From Urechidicola sp. (GTDB lineage: Bacteria; Bacteroidota; Bacteroidia; Flavobacteriales; Flavobacteriaceae), in NCBI GenBank assembly GCA_965248525.1, contig CBDFJO010000003.1, forward strand, positions 41,727 through 105,726: a DNA stretch of 64,000 bases, read 5' to 3'. Below, one piece after another: positions 41,702 to 52,592 of the stretch (the stretch's first letter is position 1; each line of letters opens with the position of its first letter). Below the pieces are notes generated by a model that was not told where the DNA came from, did not search any database, and was given only the letters and a program-made list of their open reading frames with translations. Both the position numbers and the translations under genes were made by a program.

Positions 41702-43159
41702 TTACATTCCAGTAACTTTCACATCGTCAATGTGATATCTTGTTTCTGATACGCCAGCAGCACCTTTATATTTGAACGCTACATTTACATTTCCACTTAA
41801 ACAAGAAATATTAGTGTTTAATGTTATAAAGCTACCAAAACCTCCTCCTCCAACAGGAATATCAACATCTAATTGAGTCCATTCAGTTGTGGTTGGGTCT
41901 CCCGTATAATTTTCTGTAATAAGAGCTGTTAATACTTGCCCTGTTTCAAAATTTGCAGAAATTTCAAAACTCAATTCTTCTTGTATTGTGCCATCTAAAT
42001 TAATTGATGGTGAAACTAACCATGTTTGCATTGGATTTTCTCCTGTTCCAAAAGCAGAAATTTTCATATATCTATCTCCACTAAATGAATTGCTTTCAAA
42101 AAGTTCACTTCCTCCAGATACATTAACATTTGTCCACCCAAGAGCAGTTAAATCACCATTATTAAATACGGCTTGAAAATCTTCATTAAAAATTGTCATT
42201 GCTGTTGAAGTTGCTCCATCACAATCTAAAATTACAGGGTCACATCTGTCTGTACTTGAAAATTCTAAATCCGTTGGACTATTAACAATAAACACTAAAA
42301 AATCTGCACGGAAATCTTTTGCTAATACGGCATTCATATTTCCTACTTGTTCAGGTAAAGTATAAGAACTAAAATCTGCAAATGTACTAGTTTGTAAAGT
42401 TACTCCAGATTCATCTGCACAACTAATTAAGTTTCTAAACCCATTAAAAGAATCATTTGCTTCTCCAGAAAATGTTTTTCCCAATTCGTTGACTTCAAAT
42501 TGCATATTACTTAATTGAACAAATGTATTAATATGTTTTTCGGTAATATCAGCAGTTGTGATAGCGGTTGGCACTATTGTTGCCGTTTCTGTAGAGCGTA
42601 GAATACTGTTTAAATATGAATTTAAAGGAACTTCGTTTAAACCAAAGCCTCCTGCATCAATACCAACTGAATATCTTCCAATATTATCATCGGCATTAGA
42701 AGAACCTGCAGCAGTTAATCCAAAAGGAACATTATCTTCACCATCTTCATAAGAAATACTTAATCCAGCCATTTTTACGTAAACTTTTCTACCTATTTCA
42801 TAACTTTCAAATAATGATGATTTATCAATTAAGACTTCAATTCCATGCGTTGGATTATTTGGGCTATCTTGAATTACAATTGATTCAAAAAAGTTACCAG
42901 CATAATCACTTGAAACCACATATCCTGTAAATACTACATTAGAATCTCCCTCAAATGTCATTTTAGACTCTCCTTCGTCATTAAAGTGTTGCTTTAAAGC
43001 ACTTTTTACATTTTGAATAGTTGAAGTTACAGTAACACTTGGCTCAACTTGGTCTGCTATTGGAGGCACATCATATTCATCTGAATCAACACAAGACGCA
43101 ACAACTGTAATAGTTACGATTGCTACTAATATTAGTTTTAAAAATTTAATTGTTTTCAT
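41702..43159 (-). CDS. DUF5689-like surface lipoprotein
   Basis: Lipobox VASC; GYVVSSD..GNF; C-terminal beta-sandwich. Confidence 0.7.
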   Translation of the reverse strand: MKTIKFLKLILVAIVTITVVASCVDSDEYDVPPIADQVEPSVTVTSTIQNVKSALKQHFNDEGESKMTFEGDSNVVFTGYVVSSDYAGNFFESIVIQDSPNNPTHGIEVLIDKSSLFESYEIGRKVYVKMAGLSISYEDGEDNVPFGLTAAGSSNADDNIGRYSVGIDAGGFGLNEVPLNSYLNSILRSTETATIVPTAITTADITEKHINTFVQLSNMQFEVNELGKTFSGEANDSFNGFRNLISCADESGVTLQTSTFADFSSYTLPEQVGNMNAVLAKDFRADFLVFIVNSPTDLEFSSTDRCDPVILDCDGATSTAMTIFNEDFQAVFNNGDLTALGWTNVNVSGGSELFESNSFSGDRYMKISAFGTGENPMQTWLVSPSINLDGTIQEELSFEISANFETGQVLTALITENYTGDPTTTEWTQLDVDIPVGGGGFGSFITLNTNISCLSGNVNVAFKYKGAAGVSETRYHIDDVKVTGM

Positions 43160-43171
43160 TTTTCTTTTTAA

Positions 43172-46027
43172 TTAAAATTTGTAATATACATTTAGGTAAT
43201 ATGTAGTTCCGTATCCGTTCCAATATTTAGATCCAAATAAAGGAGTGTCACGTGATTTATCTTCTAATAACCTTCTATAATTAGCGTTTCGAGATTGTTC
43301 ATAACCTCCTGTTTTATATTTTGTGTTTAATATATTTCCGATAGTTGCAAAAAAGCCGATATAATTATCATCAATTTTCCAAGATTTTCCACCAACAGCA
43401 TTTACTAAGAAATAATCGTCAAACTGCTCTTGCGCTAATAATTCTCTTGCAATTGCAGGGTCATAATCATTAAATACTTGACCGTCTATTGGATCGCTAC
43501 TAAAATTATTTGTTCTTGTTATTGGTGCAATATCTACATAACCATTAGAAAAATAGTTTGTTGTTGCTCCAAACCACCAATAGTTAGGGTCTCTATATTC
43601 AAAACCTATAGAAACAGCTCTTTGTGGACCACCTGCAACATGGTAGTTTTTTAATGCTGATTCTCCAAATTCGATATTATTATCAAAATCATCTGATGCT
43701 AAATATAAGTTTGGATTGCTGTCATAAACATAATCTCCAATTGCTGCTGCACCTTTCAATTTAATTGTTGATGTTATTTGATATTCTATTCCAAGTTCTA
43801 ACCCTATATTACGTTTATCAACACCTGTTAAAACTTCTTGTACAAATCCAGCCGTTTCAGTTTCATCAACTTCAGTACTTCCATTAAGATTAATAGTTGT
43901 ATTCGTAATACCGCTAATTCCATCAGCATAGAAGAATGAAATATCAGTTGCATCTTCAAACTTGGTATAATATCCTGTTAAACGCCCTTTTATTTTAGGT
44001 GTTCTAACAATGTAACTTGCATCAAATGAAGTTATTTTCTCATCAGTTAAATCAATTACAATATCATTATTTTCTCTTGAATTTGAGAAAGTATTTCTAA
44101 TTGTTGGCGCCTTTGTTAAATATCCTGTATTGAAATCTAATAGATGACGACCAGAAATTTTATAAGTCAAACCTGCTTTTGTACTGAAATTAGTAAAGTC
44201 AACTTTTTCGCTTTTCCCAAAAGAATTATCTTCAAAACGACCATTTTTATATAATCCATTTCTTTGATAATCTGTCATTGAAATTTTTCCTGCTAAGTAA
44301 AAATCTACCTTATTGTATTTAAACTGCGCTTGTGTAAAGGCATCTAAAATATTCGCATCAATTTCAAAGTTGTATTTATATTTTTCTCCTACTTGTACCA
44401 ATCTATTAGGATTGTTTAAATCATTTTGCGCTTGATTGAATGTTTCAGAAAAAGAATCAACATTTAAATAACCATTACCTCCTAATACATCTAATATATT
44501 TGCAAAATTTTCAGATTTCAAATTACGGTAAGAAACAGAAGCATTTAAATCAATATTGTCATTTAATTCTGTACGGAAAATCGAATTTATAGAGAATTGA
44601 TTGTCATCATTTCTATCTTCGTATAAAGCATAAACTGAATTTCCACCAAACGAAGTAGAGGTTAAGTTTGCTTGGTATAAAGAATTCCAATTTATTTGAC
44701 CATCATTTCTAAAGTTTTGATCTGCTTCGTATGCTCTTGCGAGGTCAAAATCATTAGAACTGGGATGACGCAAAAAATAACTTGGCAATTTTTGGAAATA
44801 TGTTGGGTCTGGGTTTGAACCACCTCCAATAATAAAATCATTTCCAGAAGTATCAGTAACAATACTTGTTCCTCCATAATCTAAACGACTATTTCCTATT
44901 TTTCCTGTTTGATACGCAATATTCGTATTCAATGTAGTTTTATCACTGATATCCCAATAATGGTTTAACATAAACACAGGCTCTTCAATTTCTCTCACTC
45001 TTGAGTTTCTCTTGTTCCCATCTTGATACCCCCAATAAGCGTTGTAAGTTATTCCTTTTAAATCATACACTTCTTGAGTATTTGGTGAAGATTTACCTCT
45101 TCTGTTTGGCGTATAAAAAGCAGTTAAATTTAAACTATGATTCTCGTTTATTTTTTTCTCTACTGATGCAAAAAACGAATTGGAATCATATAATGTAGCG
45201 TCGTTATACCCTTCATTCCCATAACGTCTTGAAGCCAAGACTGAATAAGCCCAACCTTTTTCATTCATTCCTGAAGTATAACTTGCCATCACACGACCAA
45301 CATAACTTCTGTTAGATGAAGCATAAGAAACTTTTCCACCTTGTTTTAATTCTGAAGCCCTCATAGAAACGTTGTTAGAACCTCCTATTCCACCAAAAGT
45401 GTATTCTGATGGTGCCAAACCATTAGATAATGATTGGTTACGCATTACATCATTTAATCCTCCCCAATTACTCCATTGCGGACGACCATTGTAGATTTTG
45501 TTCATTTCAATTCCGTTGATTAAGAGTTTTCCGTTTTCAGAATTATATCCTCTTGCTCTAAAAAATGTAGCACTAAACTCATAAGCGGCAGTACTTGAAA
45601 AAATATCTCTTGACGCCTGTAATAAACCAGCAGTGTTATCTGCACCACCTTCGTCATCATTTAATTCATCTTCAGAAAGAGAAATAACACTTAAATCTTC
45701 TTGCGCTGTTTCATCTTTGTACATAAAAATAGCACCTAGATCAACCGTAGTGTTTTCAACTACAGTAACAGGAAAAATTTGTGTTTCATATCCTTCAACT
45801 TGAATTTTTACCAACTGACTTCCTGTTGGAACGTTTGATACTATAAAATTCCCACTCTCGTCAGTTACTTGTTTAATAGTTGTTCCTTCAACGGTTATAG
45901 CAACTCCACTTATTGAGTTCGTGCTATCACCATCAGAAACATTTCCTTTAACAACACCTTGTGATTGAGCATTTGTCGCAAAGACAAACAGTATTCCCAA
46001 AAGCAGTGCGCTAGTAAATTTTCTCAT
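43172..46027 (-). CDS. TonB-dependent receptor with carboxypeptidase-regulatory N-terminal domain
   Basis: Signal peptide; NGRPQWSNWGGLND plug; terminal YYKF. Confidence 0.88.
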   Translation of the reverse strand: MRKFTSALLLGILFVFATNAQSQGVVKGNVSDGDSTNSISGVAITVEGTTIKQVTDESGNFIVSNVPTGSQLVKIQVEGYETQIFPVTVVENTTVDLGAIFMYKDETAQEDLSVISLSEDELNDDEGGADNTAGLLQASRDIFSSTAAYEFSATFFRARGYNSENGKLLINGIEMNKIYNGRPQWSNWGGLNDVMRNQSLSNGLAPSEYTFGGIGGSNNVSMRASELKQGGKVSYASSNRSYVGRVMASYTSGMNEKGWAYSVLASRRYGNEGYNDATLYDSNSFFASVEKKINENHSLNLTAFYTPNRRGKSSPNTQEVYDLKGITYNAYWGYQDGNKRNSRVREIEEPVFMLNHYWDISDKTTLNTNIAYQTGKIGNSRLDYGGTSIVTDTSGNDFIIGGGSNPDPTYFQKLPSYFLRHPSSNDFDLARAYEADQNFRNDGQINWNSLYQANLTSTSFGGNSVYALYEDRNDDNQFSINSIFRTELNDNIDLNASVSYRNLKSENFANILDVLGGNGYLNVDSFSETFNQAQNDLNNPNRLVQVGEKYKYNFEIDANILDAFTQAQFKYNKVDFYLAGKISMTDYQRNGLYKNGRFEDNSFGKSEKVDFTNFSTKAGLTYKISGRHLLDFNTGYLTKAPTIRNTFSNSRENNDIVIDLTDEKITSFDASYIVRTPKIKGRLTGYYTKFEDATDISFFYADGISGITNTTINLNGSTEVDETETAGFVQEVLTGVDKRNIGLELGIEYQITSTIKLKGAAAIGDYVYDSNPNLYLASDDFDNNIEFGESALKNYHVAGGPQRAVSIGFEYRDPNYWWFGATTNYFSNGYVDIAPITRTNNFSSDPIDGQVFNDYDPAIARELLAQEQFDDYFLVNAVGGKSWKIDDNYIGFFATIGNILNTKYKTGGYEQSRNANYRRLLEDKSRDTPLFGSKYWNGYGTTYYLNVYYKF

Positions 46028-46169
46028 ATTATTTTAACTATTTAATGCGAACTTTTTCGCGAAGCAAAAATAACGATTTTTATAGTAATTTTATGGTTAA
46101 TCTAACATTGTTGTTGCTTTGGCTTAACTTTTGTACTTATTTTTGTAGTACCTAATAAATCAATATTAT

Positions 46170-47216
46170 ATGAAACATATTTCCCTTTTTGCCACAACTT
46201 TTTTTCTTGTCGGAAATATGACCTTTTCACAAGATAAAAACTACCAAATAAGAACACTTGCTTTTTATAACCTTGAGAATCTTTTTGATACGATTGACAA
46301 CACAGCAAAGAATGATGAGGCGAGTCCGATGATGGAGTTGAAGGGTAATAAGTCAAAAGTTTATTGGGATAAAATTGATAAACTTGGAAGTGTCCTTTCT
46401 AAAATAGGTGTTGAAAAAGCAAAGAACAGTCCTGCAATAATTGGAGTTGTAGAGATTGAAAATGATACAGTTTTAAGAGATCTGGTTGCTGGAAAGTTTC
46501 TAAAAGATAAGCGATACAGTATTATACATTATGAATCTCCAGACAAAAGGGGAATTGATGTAGGACTGTTATATCAGCCACGTTATTTTAAGCCTGTAAA
46601 TCATGAAAGCTTTGAATTATTGATTTATGATAATGAAGGAGAACGAATTTTCACAAGAGATCAACTATTAGTTTCAGGGTATTTAGATGGAGAAATGATA
46701 CACGTAATCGTTAATCATTGGCCATCAAAAAGAGGAGGAACAAGAAGCATCCCTTTTAGAGAAAAAGCTGCAGCATTGAATTTGAAAATCATAGAACAGA
46801 TTCGTGAAAACGAACCAAATGCTAAAATTATAACGATGGGAGATTTTAATGATGATCCTATTGAAAGCAGTTTTAAGAAAATAATGAAAACAAAGAAGAA
46901 AAAGAAGAATGTAAAAGAAAATGATATTTACAATCCTTTTGAAAACATGTTTATAAGAGGTTTTAATACCGCAGGTTATAGAGATAATATCAATCTGTTT
47001 GACCAAATCCTTATTAGTTCTCAATTATTAACAACGACCAAAGAATTTTCTACTTACAAAATGTTAAAAGCGGGAATTTACAATCCTAAATACTTAATAA
47101 ACAGCAAAGGAAGGTATAAGGGCTACCCTTTTAGAAGTTTTTCTTGGGGGATATACACAGGAGGTTATAGCGATCACTATCCTTCTTACATGTACCTTAT
47201 CAAAGAGAAAAAATAA
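46170..47216 (+). CDS. Secreted EEP-family nuclease/phosphatase
   Basis: Signal peptide; FYNLENLFDT, NHWPS, GDFND, SDHYP. Confidence 0.88.
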   Translation: MKHISLFATTFFLVGNMTFSQDKNYQIRTLAFYNLENLFDTIDNTAKNDEASPMMELKGNKSKVYWDKIDKLGSVLSKIGVEKAKNSPAIIGVVEIENDTVLRDLVAGKFLKDKRYSIIHYESPDKRGIDVGLLYQPRYFKPVNHESFELLIYDNEGERIFTRDQLLVSGYLDGEMIHVIVNHWPSKRGGTRSIPFREKAAALNLKIIEQIRENEPNAKIITMGDFNDDPIESSFKKIMKTKKKKKNVKENDIYNPFENMFIRGFNTAGYRDNINLFDQILISSQLLTTTKEFSTYKMLKAGIYNPKYLINSKGRYKGYPFRSFSWGIYTGGYSDHYPSYMYLIKEKK

Positions 47217-47287
47217 TTCCCTCAATAATTTATTATATATTTGAAGGTACTTAAAGTACATACTTTAAGACCTATAAATTGCTATAG

Positions 47288-48328
47288 ATGAAACATTTTT
47301 TAAGTACGCTTGTAGTATTATTTTTCGTTTTATTTTCTTTTTCTCAACAAAAAGAATATAAAATTAAAACGATTGCTTTTTACAATCTCGAAAATTTATT
47401 TGACACGATTGATAATCCTGATAAAAAGGATGAATATAGTCCTATTCTTCAAATGAAGTCAGGAAAAGAGACTGCTTACACTCAAAAGAGCGATAATATG
47501 GCAAAGGTAATTTCTGAAATAGGAAAAGAGAAAACTAGGAAAAGCCCTTCAATTATTGGTGTTTGTGAAATTGAAAATAGTGATGTGCTTGATGATTTAT
47601 TGAAAAACAAGAATTTAAAAAATGAAGGTTACAACTATGTTCATGTTGATTCTCCAGATTGGCGGGGAATTGACGTTGCATTGATTTATAAAGAATCTGA
47701 TTTTAGTGTTTCAAATTTTAAAACATACGAACTCAAAGCATGGAATAGTGAAGGATACCGTGTTAAAACTCGCAGTCAATTATTGGTTTCAGGATATTTA
47801 GACGGCGAATTAATCCATATTATAGTTAATCATTGGCCATCACAACGTGGAGGCGCAAAAAAATCGGAATATTTAAGAGTAAAATCAGCAGAGTTAAACC
47901 TTAAAATTATTGAAGATATCTATTTTGAAGAGCCAAATGCTAAAATAATTACGCTAGGTGATTTTAATGACAATCCAGATGCAAAAAGCATCAAAAAAAC
48001 CTTAGATTCTAAAGAGAAAAAGATAAACGCAGGGAATTTATACAATCCTTTCGCGAATATGTATAAAAGAGGTTTTGGCTCGTTAGGTTTTCTTGACAAT
48101 ATGAATTTGTTTGATCAAATCTTATTTACATCTAATTTTTTATCAGAAGATGTTAGAGATTATGATTCGTATAAATTTTACAAAACAACTATTTTCAACC
48201 CAAATTATTTAACCACACGAAAAGGAAGGTATAAAGGCTATCCGTTTAGAAGCTGGTCAAACGGAAAATTTACGGGAGGATATAGCGATCATTATCCTGT
48301 TTATGTATATTTGATTAAAGAGAAGTAA
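47288..48328 (+). CDS. Secreted EEP-family nuclease/phosphatase (paralog)
   Basis: Signal peptide; same motifs. Confidence 0.88.
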   Translation: MKHFLSTLVVLFFVLFSFSQQKEYKIKTIAFYNLENLFDTIDNPDKKDEYSPILQMKSGKETAYTQKSDNMAKVISEIGKEKTRKSPSIIGVCEIENSDVLDDLLKNKNLKNEGYNYVHVDSPDWRGIDVALIYKESDFSVSNFKTYELKAWNSEGYRVKTRSQLLVSGYLDGELIHIIVNHWPSQRGGAKKSEYLRVKSAELNLKIIEDIYFEEPNAKIITLGDFNDNPDAKSIKKTLDSKEKKINAGNLYNPFANMYKRGFGSLGFLDNMNLFDQILFTSNFLSEDVRDYDSYKFYKTTIFNPNYLTTRKGRYKGYPFRSWSNGKFTGGYSDHYPVYVYLIKEK

Positions 48329-48332
48329 AATT

Positions 48333-50030
48333 TTACTCTGCCTGAATATCTTTCAACAACAATTGTAGTGAAGTATTTCCGTTCCAATGGTTTTCATCAA
48401 TATTAAAAACGGCTTTGAAAGAAGTTCCGTTGGTTGCTAAATTGTATTTATCTCCCAACCCAAAACCAATAGCATTGTAGGTTTTTTTGTCAGCACCACT
48501 AATTATGTTGAGTTTTAAGTGGCTTTTATCAGCACCAACTTGCTTGCCGTAACCATTATCTCTCAATCCGTTTGCCATAAATGTTGGGCGCATATTTTGA
48601 GGACCAAAAGGTGCAAACTGGCTTAATATCCTGAAAAATTTAGGCGTAATATCTCCTAATTCTATTTCAGAATTAATAGTGATTTCTGGAGTTCTTAACG
48701 CTTTAGGAAGTGTTTTTTTGACAACTTCTTCAAATTTCGCTTTAAACTTTTCATAATTTTTTGGTAACAACGTTAATCCTGCAGCATATTTATGCCCGCC
48801 AAATTGTTCTATAAATTCTGAACATTTTTCTAAAGCGTCATAAACATCAAATCCTTTCACAGATCGCGCAGATGCTGCCAGTTTATCACCACTATTGGTA
48901 AATACAAGCGTTGGTCGATAGTGTTTTTCAATCAATCGAGAAGCCACAATACCAATAACACCTTTATGCCAATTTTCGTTATAAACAACAGTTGAAAAGT
49001 CCTGTTCTTTATTAGTTGTTTTAATTTGTTTAAGTGCTTCATCTGTTATTTTTTTATCAAGTTCTTTTCTATCGGCATTATAATTCTCAATAGCAATAGC
49101 TATTTGCTGTGCTTTTTCAAAATCGGTTTCCGTCATTAATTCAACAGCGTGTAAACCGTGTTTCATTCTTCCGGCAGCATTAATTCGAGGTGCAATTACA
49201 AAAACAACATCTGTAATCGTTAATTTTTTTGTGTGTAACTGATGGATAAATGTTTTAAAACCAATTCTTGGAGCCTTATTGATAACAATCAAACCATAAT
49301 AAGCCAAAATTCTATTTTCTCCTGTGATTGGAACTATATCTGCTGCAATTGCTGTTGCTACTAAATCTAGATATGGCAACAAATCATCCATTGTTTGATT
49401 TTTGTTTTTTGACAATGCCTGAATCAGTTTAAAACCAATACCGCAACCACACAATTCATCATATGGATACTTACAATCTTCACGTTTAGGATCTAAAACT
49501 GCGATTGCCTTCGGAATTTCATTTCCAGGTCTGTGATGATCACAAATAATAAAATCAATTTTCTTTTTTGATGCATAAGCAACCTTGTCAATAGCTTTAA
49601 TACCACAATCTAAAGCAATAATCAGTGAAAAATTATTGTTTTCTGCAAAATCAATTCCTTGATAAGAAATTCCATAACCTTCACCATATCTATCTGGAAT
49701 GTAAGTTGCAACATTTGGATAAAAACTTTTTAGATAAGACGAAACCAATGCAACGGCAGTTGTGCCATCTACATCGTAATCACCATAAATAAGAATGTTT
49801 TCGTTGTTAGAAATTGCTTTTTCTATACGTTCAACAGCCAACCCCATATCTTTCATTAAGTACGGATTGTGCAAATCGCTTATATCAGGACGAAAGAATT
49901 TTTTCGCTTCATCAAAAGTTTCAATTCCTCGCTGCAAGAGCAACTTCGAAATCAAAGAGTCAACGTGTAATTCTTGAGATAATTTTGAAATTTTCTCTTT
50001 TTTAGGCTGTGGTTTAAATATCCAACGCAT
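48333..50030 (-). CDS. recJ: ssDNA exonuclease RecJ
   Basis: YGDYDVDG, DHH, PRINAAGR, GGHKYAAG. Confidence 0.96.
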   Translation of the reverse strand: MRWIFKPQPKKEKISKLSQELHVDSLISKLLLQRGIETFDEAKKFFRPDISDLHNPYLMKDMGLAVERIEKAISNNENILIYGDYDVDGTTAVALVSSYLKSFYPNVATYIPDRYGEGYGISYQGIDFAENNNFSLIIALDCGIKAIDKVAYASKKKIDFIICDHHRPGNEIPKAIAVLDPKREDCKYPYDELCGCGIGFKLIQALSKNKNQTMDDLLPYLDLVATAIAADIVPITGENRILAYYGLIVINKAPRIGFKTFIHQLHTKKLTITDVVFVIAPRINAAGRMKHGLHAVELMTETDFEKAQQIAIAIENYNADRKELDKKITDEALKQIKTTNKEQDFSTVVYNENWHKGVIGIVASRLIEKHYRPTLVFTNSGDKLAASARSVKGFDVYDALEKCSEFIEQFGGHKYAAGLTLLPKNYEKFKAKFEEVVKKTLPKALRTPEITINSEIELGDITPKFFRILSQFAPFGPQNMRPTFMANGLRDNGYGKQVGADKSHLKLNIISGADKKTYNAIGFGLGDKYNLATNGTSFKAVFNIDENHWNGNTSLQLLLKDIQAE

Positions 50031-50043
50031 AGCAATACATTTT

Positions 50044-50457
50044 TTATTGTTCTATATACTCAACATTCACAGTAACAACAGTAAATTTACGAAACATTTC
50101 TATGACACCACAATATTTTTCTATTGATAAATCTACAGCTTTTTGAATTTTATCTTTTTTAAATTCTTTCCAAAAAAAACGATACGTTACAATTACATTT
50201 TTATAAATTTTAGGGTGCTCATCCGTTAAATCTGCAGTAACATCAATCTTAAAATCATCTACTTCTGCACGCATTTTTTTTAATAAAAGTACAATGTCTA
50301 AACCGCCACATCTAGCCAAAGAACTCAGCATTAATGCTTTGGGACTCATTCCTCTGCTTTTAGACCCATCAATTGGATTGTCAATCATAAAACTGCCATC
50401 ATCGTGTTTGGATTCAAATAACATATTGTCTTTCCAAGTTAATTCTACTTTTGCCAT
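50044..50457 (-). CDS. OsmC-family protein
   Basis: SPKALML...CGG...KYC. Confidence 0.82.
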   Translation of the reverse strand: MAKVELTWKDNMLFESKHDDGSFMIDNPIDGSKSRGMSPKALMLSSLARCGGLDIVLLLKKMRAEVDDFKIDVTADLTDEHPKIYKNVIVTYRFFWKEFKKDKIQKAVDLSIEKYCGVIEMFRKFTVVTVNVEYIEQ

Positions 50458-50519
50458 ATTTTTAGTATTTATTAAGTTTCAAATTTAAGCATTTCATATC
50501 AACTTCATTTTTTAATTTA

Positions 50520-50646
50520 ACTTAAGTTCAATTAGTAAATGCAACTTTTTAGGATACGGTCAGCGTATCTATTTTTATGAATATTGAAGTTCAAAAAAAG
50601 TATAAAAATTTGAGAGCTATTGTGTATTGTAGAATTTTATATTATC
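50520..50646. repeat. Conserved array-tail element, copy 2
   Basis: Homologous to 19903-20027. Confidence 0.75.
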
Positions 50647-50680
50647 CCCGGCCAAAAAGCGTTGTTGTCCCGCAGGGCAA

Positions 50681-51178
50681 CTATGGTTTTTTAGCCATTA
50701 TTAGCATTCGTTTTAGTTCTTCTTTATTCGGTATTTTTCCTTTTAATTTTTCAGGTAAATTGTGTGTCAGTTTATATTCCGAAACGCCAATAGGTTTAGA
50801 ACTCGTTCTTAAAGCATATTCTACTTCAACATCATCTTTTTCAGGACAAAGAATTATTCCGATTGTTGGGTTATCGTCCTCTATTTTTACTTGTTCGTCC
50901 AAAAGTTCCAAATAGAAATTCATCTTTCCTGCAAATTCAGGTTCAAATTCGACTGTTTTTAACTCAATTGCTACTAAACATTTTAATATTCTGTGATAGA
51001 ACAGTAAATCAATAAAATATTCTTTTTCATTTAGTTTTAACTTATATTGATTACCAATAAAGCAAAAACCATATCCAAGTTCCATTATTAAATTTCGGAT
51101 ATTCTCTATTAACTTGTTTTCTAGTTGTCTTTCCAATATTGGAGAAGTGATTCCTAGAAAATCTAAGTTGTATTCCTC
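50681..51178 (-). pseudogene. DUF1016/YhcG PD-(D/E)XK nuclease, 5'-truncated
   Basis: YNLDFLG...IDLLFYHR..LVAIELK...GKMNFYL; frame starts without ATG at a REP-like repeat. Confidence 0.78.
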
Positions 51179-51312
51179 GTTGGCGCAAGCGTCACGCTTG
51201 TGCCGTTAACCAAACTCAAACCATTTATTATCTTATTATAATTTCTACTCATTATTTTTTTATCTTCTTAATCTTGCTGTCACGAGCAAAAGATGCTCGC
51301 GCTAGCGAGGGG
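51175..51312. repeat. Divergent pair of REP-like palindromes
   Basis: cctcgttggcgcaagcgtcacgcttgtgc (51175-51203) and cacgagcaaaagatgctcgcgctagcgagggg (51281-51312). Confidence 0.6.
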
Positions 51313-51393
51313 AATTTTAAAATAGGGTTTCTCTAAAAAAATCGCTTAGGTCAACTTTTTTGGATTGATTTTATATTCTTGTGCAACGATTAC
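51312..51393 (+). mobile_element. IS1182-family right-end remnant (~80 bp)
   Basis: Near-identical to the end of 61721-63467. Confidence 0.88.
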
Positions 51394-51411
51394 CGGTGTT
51401 GGTGGCAGTAT

Positions 51412-52326
51412 TTATTTACTCGGAATTGGAGGAGGAGCTGCTTGTTCGATATATGCAATACCATTGTGATTTTCAATTATTTTCACACAATGTGTACTTG
51501 AAAATGTATGCATAAAAGCGTGATGTGTAGTAAGAACAGCATCTTGAAGTTCTTGGTTTTCTTCTAGGTCAGAAATTACTAAACCAACATCTAAACATTC
51601 CTTTTTTGAAATATGTCTTGCGTGTGATTTTTGGACATTATGGTTAGAGAAAGTATCAACTATTTTTTTTACTTTTTCTTTGTCTCCATTACACATATTA
51701 TTTTCTAACCATTCAAAGACCATTTTTTCAGACCATTCAATTGCTTGTTGACAAGCTCCTAAAAAAGTTGGATGATATTTACTAATAATTACTTGCCATA
51801 AAGAAGCTGAATGTGGATTTTGTTTAATGTCCGCTTTTGCTTGTTCAAATTCATTTAAAACTGCTTGACAAGCTAAACCTCCCATTTGTGGGTCTATAGG
51901 ACCTAAATTTGAATGTTTCCCCATAACGATTTCTTTCGAAGCGAAGGCAATCATTGTACCTGCAGACATTGATATTTGTGGAACTATAACTCGAATATCT
52001 TTCCCATACATTGAATAAAGGTAATCAACTAAAGATTCTGTAGCTGCAATGTCTCCGCCAGGAGTATGTAGAATTAAATCTAAACCTTGACTTCTGTCAA
52101 GTTTGTTAATTCCTAACATAAATCCAGATTTATCTTTGTCTCCCACTGCAGTTCCAGGAGCTTGAGGTTTTTGAAGCCAACCTGAATAATAAGCTATCGT
52201 GTTTCTGCCTGTAATTTCTGACACCTTTTTAAGGTACTTTCTTCTTACAGTATCTAACGCATTAACTTTAGGGTTTTTTCTTTGTTCTAGTTGAATTTCA
52301 ACAATGACTTCATTCCAATTCGGCAT
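51412..52326 (-). CDS. ClpP/SDH-like serine peptidase (cassette-borne)
   Basis: LHTPGG, SMSAGTMIA, LGPIDPQ, SHARHI. Confidence 0.8.
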   Translation of the reverse strand: MPNWNEVIVEIQLEQRKNPKVNALDTVRRKYLKKVSEITGRNTIAYYSGWLQKPQAPGTAVGDKDKSGFMLGINKLDRSQGLDLILHTPGGDIAATESLVDYLYSMYGKDIRVIVPQISMSAGTMIAFASKEIVMGKHSNLGPIDPQMGGLACQAVLNEFEQAKADIKQNPHSASLWQVIISKYHPTFLGACQQAIEWSEKMVFEWLENNMCNGDKEKVKKIVDTFSNHNVQKSHARHISKKECLDVGLVISDLEENQELQDAVLTTHHAFMHTFSSTHCVKIIENHNGIAYIEQAAPPPIPSK

Positions 52327-52333
52327 AATTTAT

Positions 52334-52570
52334 TTAGCTAATCAATGTTGTTCCTCCAAGAGTTGGAATAGAAGTGTAATTATTATCATACATTGATAGC
52401 TTTTGGAAAAAATCACCATCGTTCGTCCATTCAGATTCTACTACAACAGACGTTTCAGAAGAACTGATGATTTCATTATATTCTTTCGTAAAATTCTGTT
52501 TATCAATTGATTCTACTTTTTTTGTTCCGTTTTCCATATCACAAATATACATTTTTTTAATTAAACGCAC
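52334..52570 (-). CDS. Small acidic hypothetical protein co-cassette with the peptidase
   Basis: 78-aa ORF ending 7 bp upstream of the peptidase, inside the same cassette ends. Confidence 0.5.
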   Translation of the reverse strand: MRLIKKMYICDMENGTKKVESIDKQNFTKEYNEIISSSETSVVVESEWTNDGDFFQKLSMYDNNYTSIPTLGGTTLIS

Positions 52571-52592
52571 GATTTTCGTTCATATTGCCACC

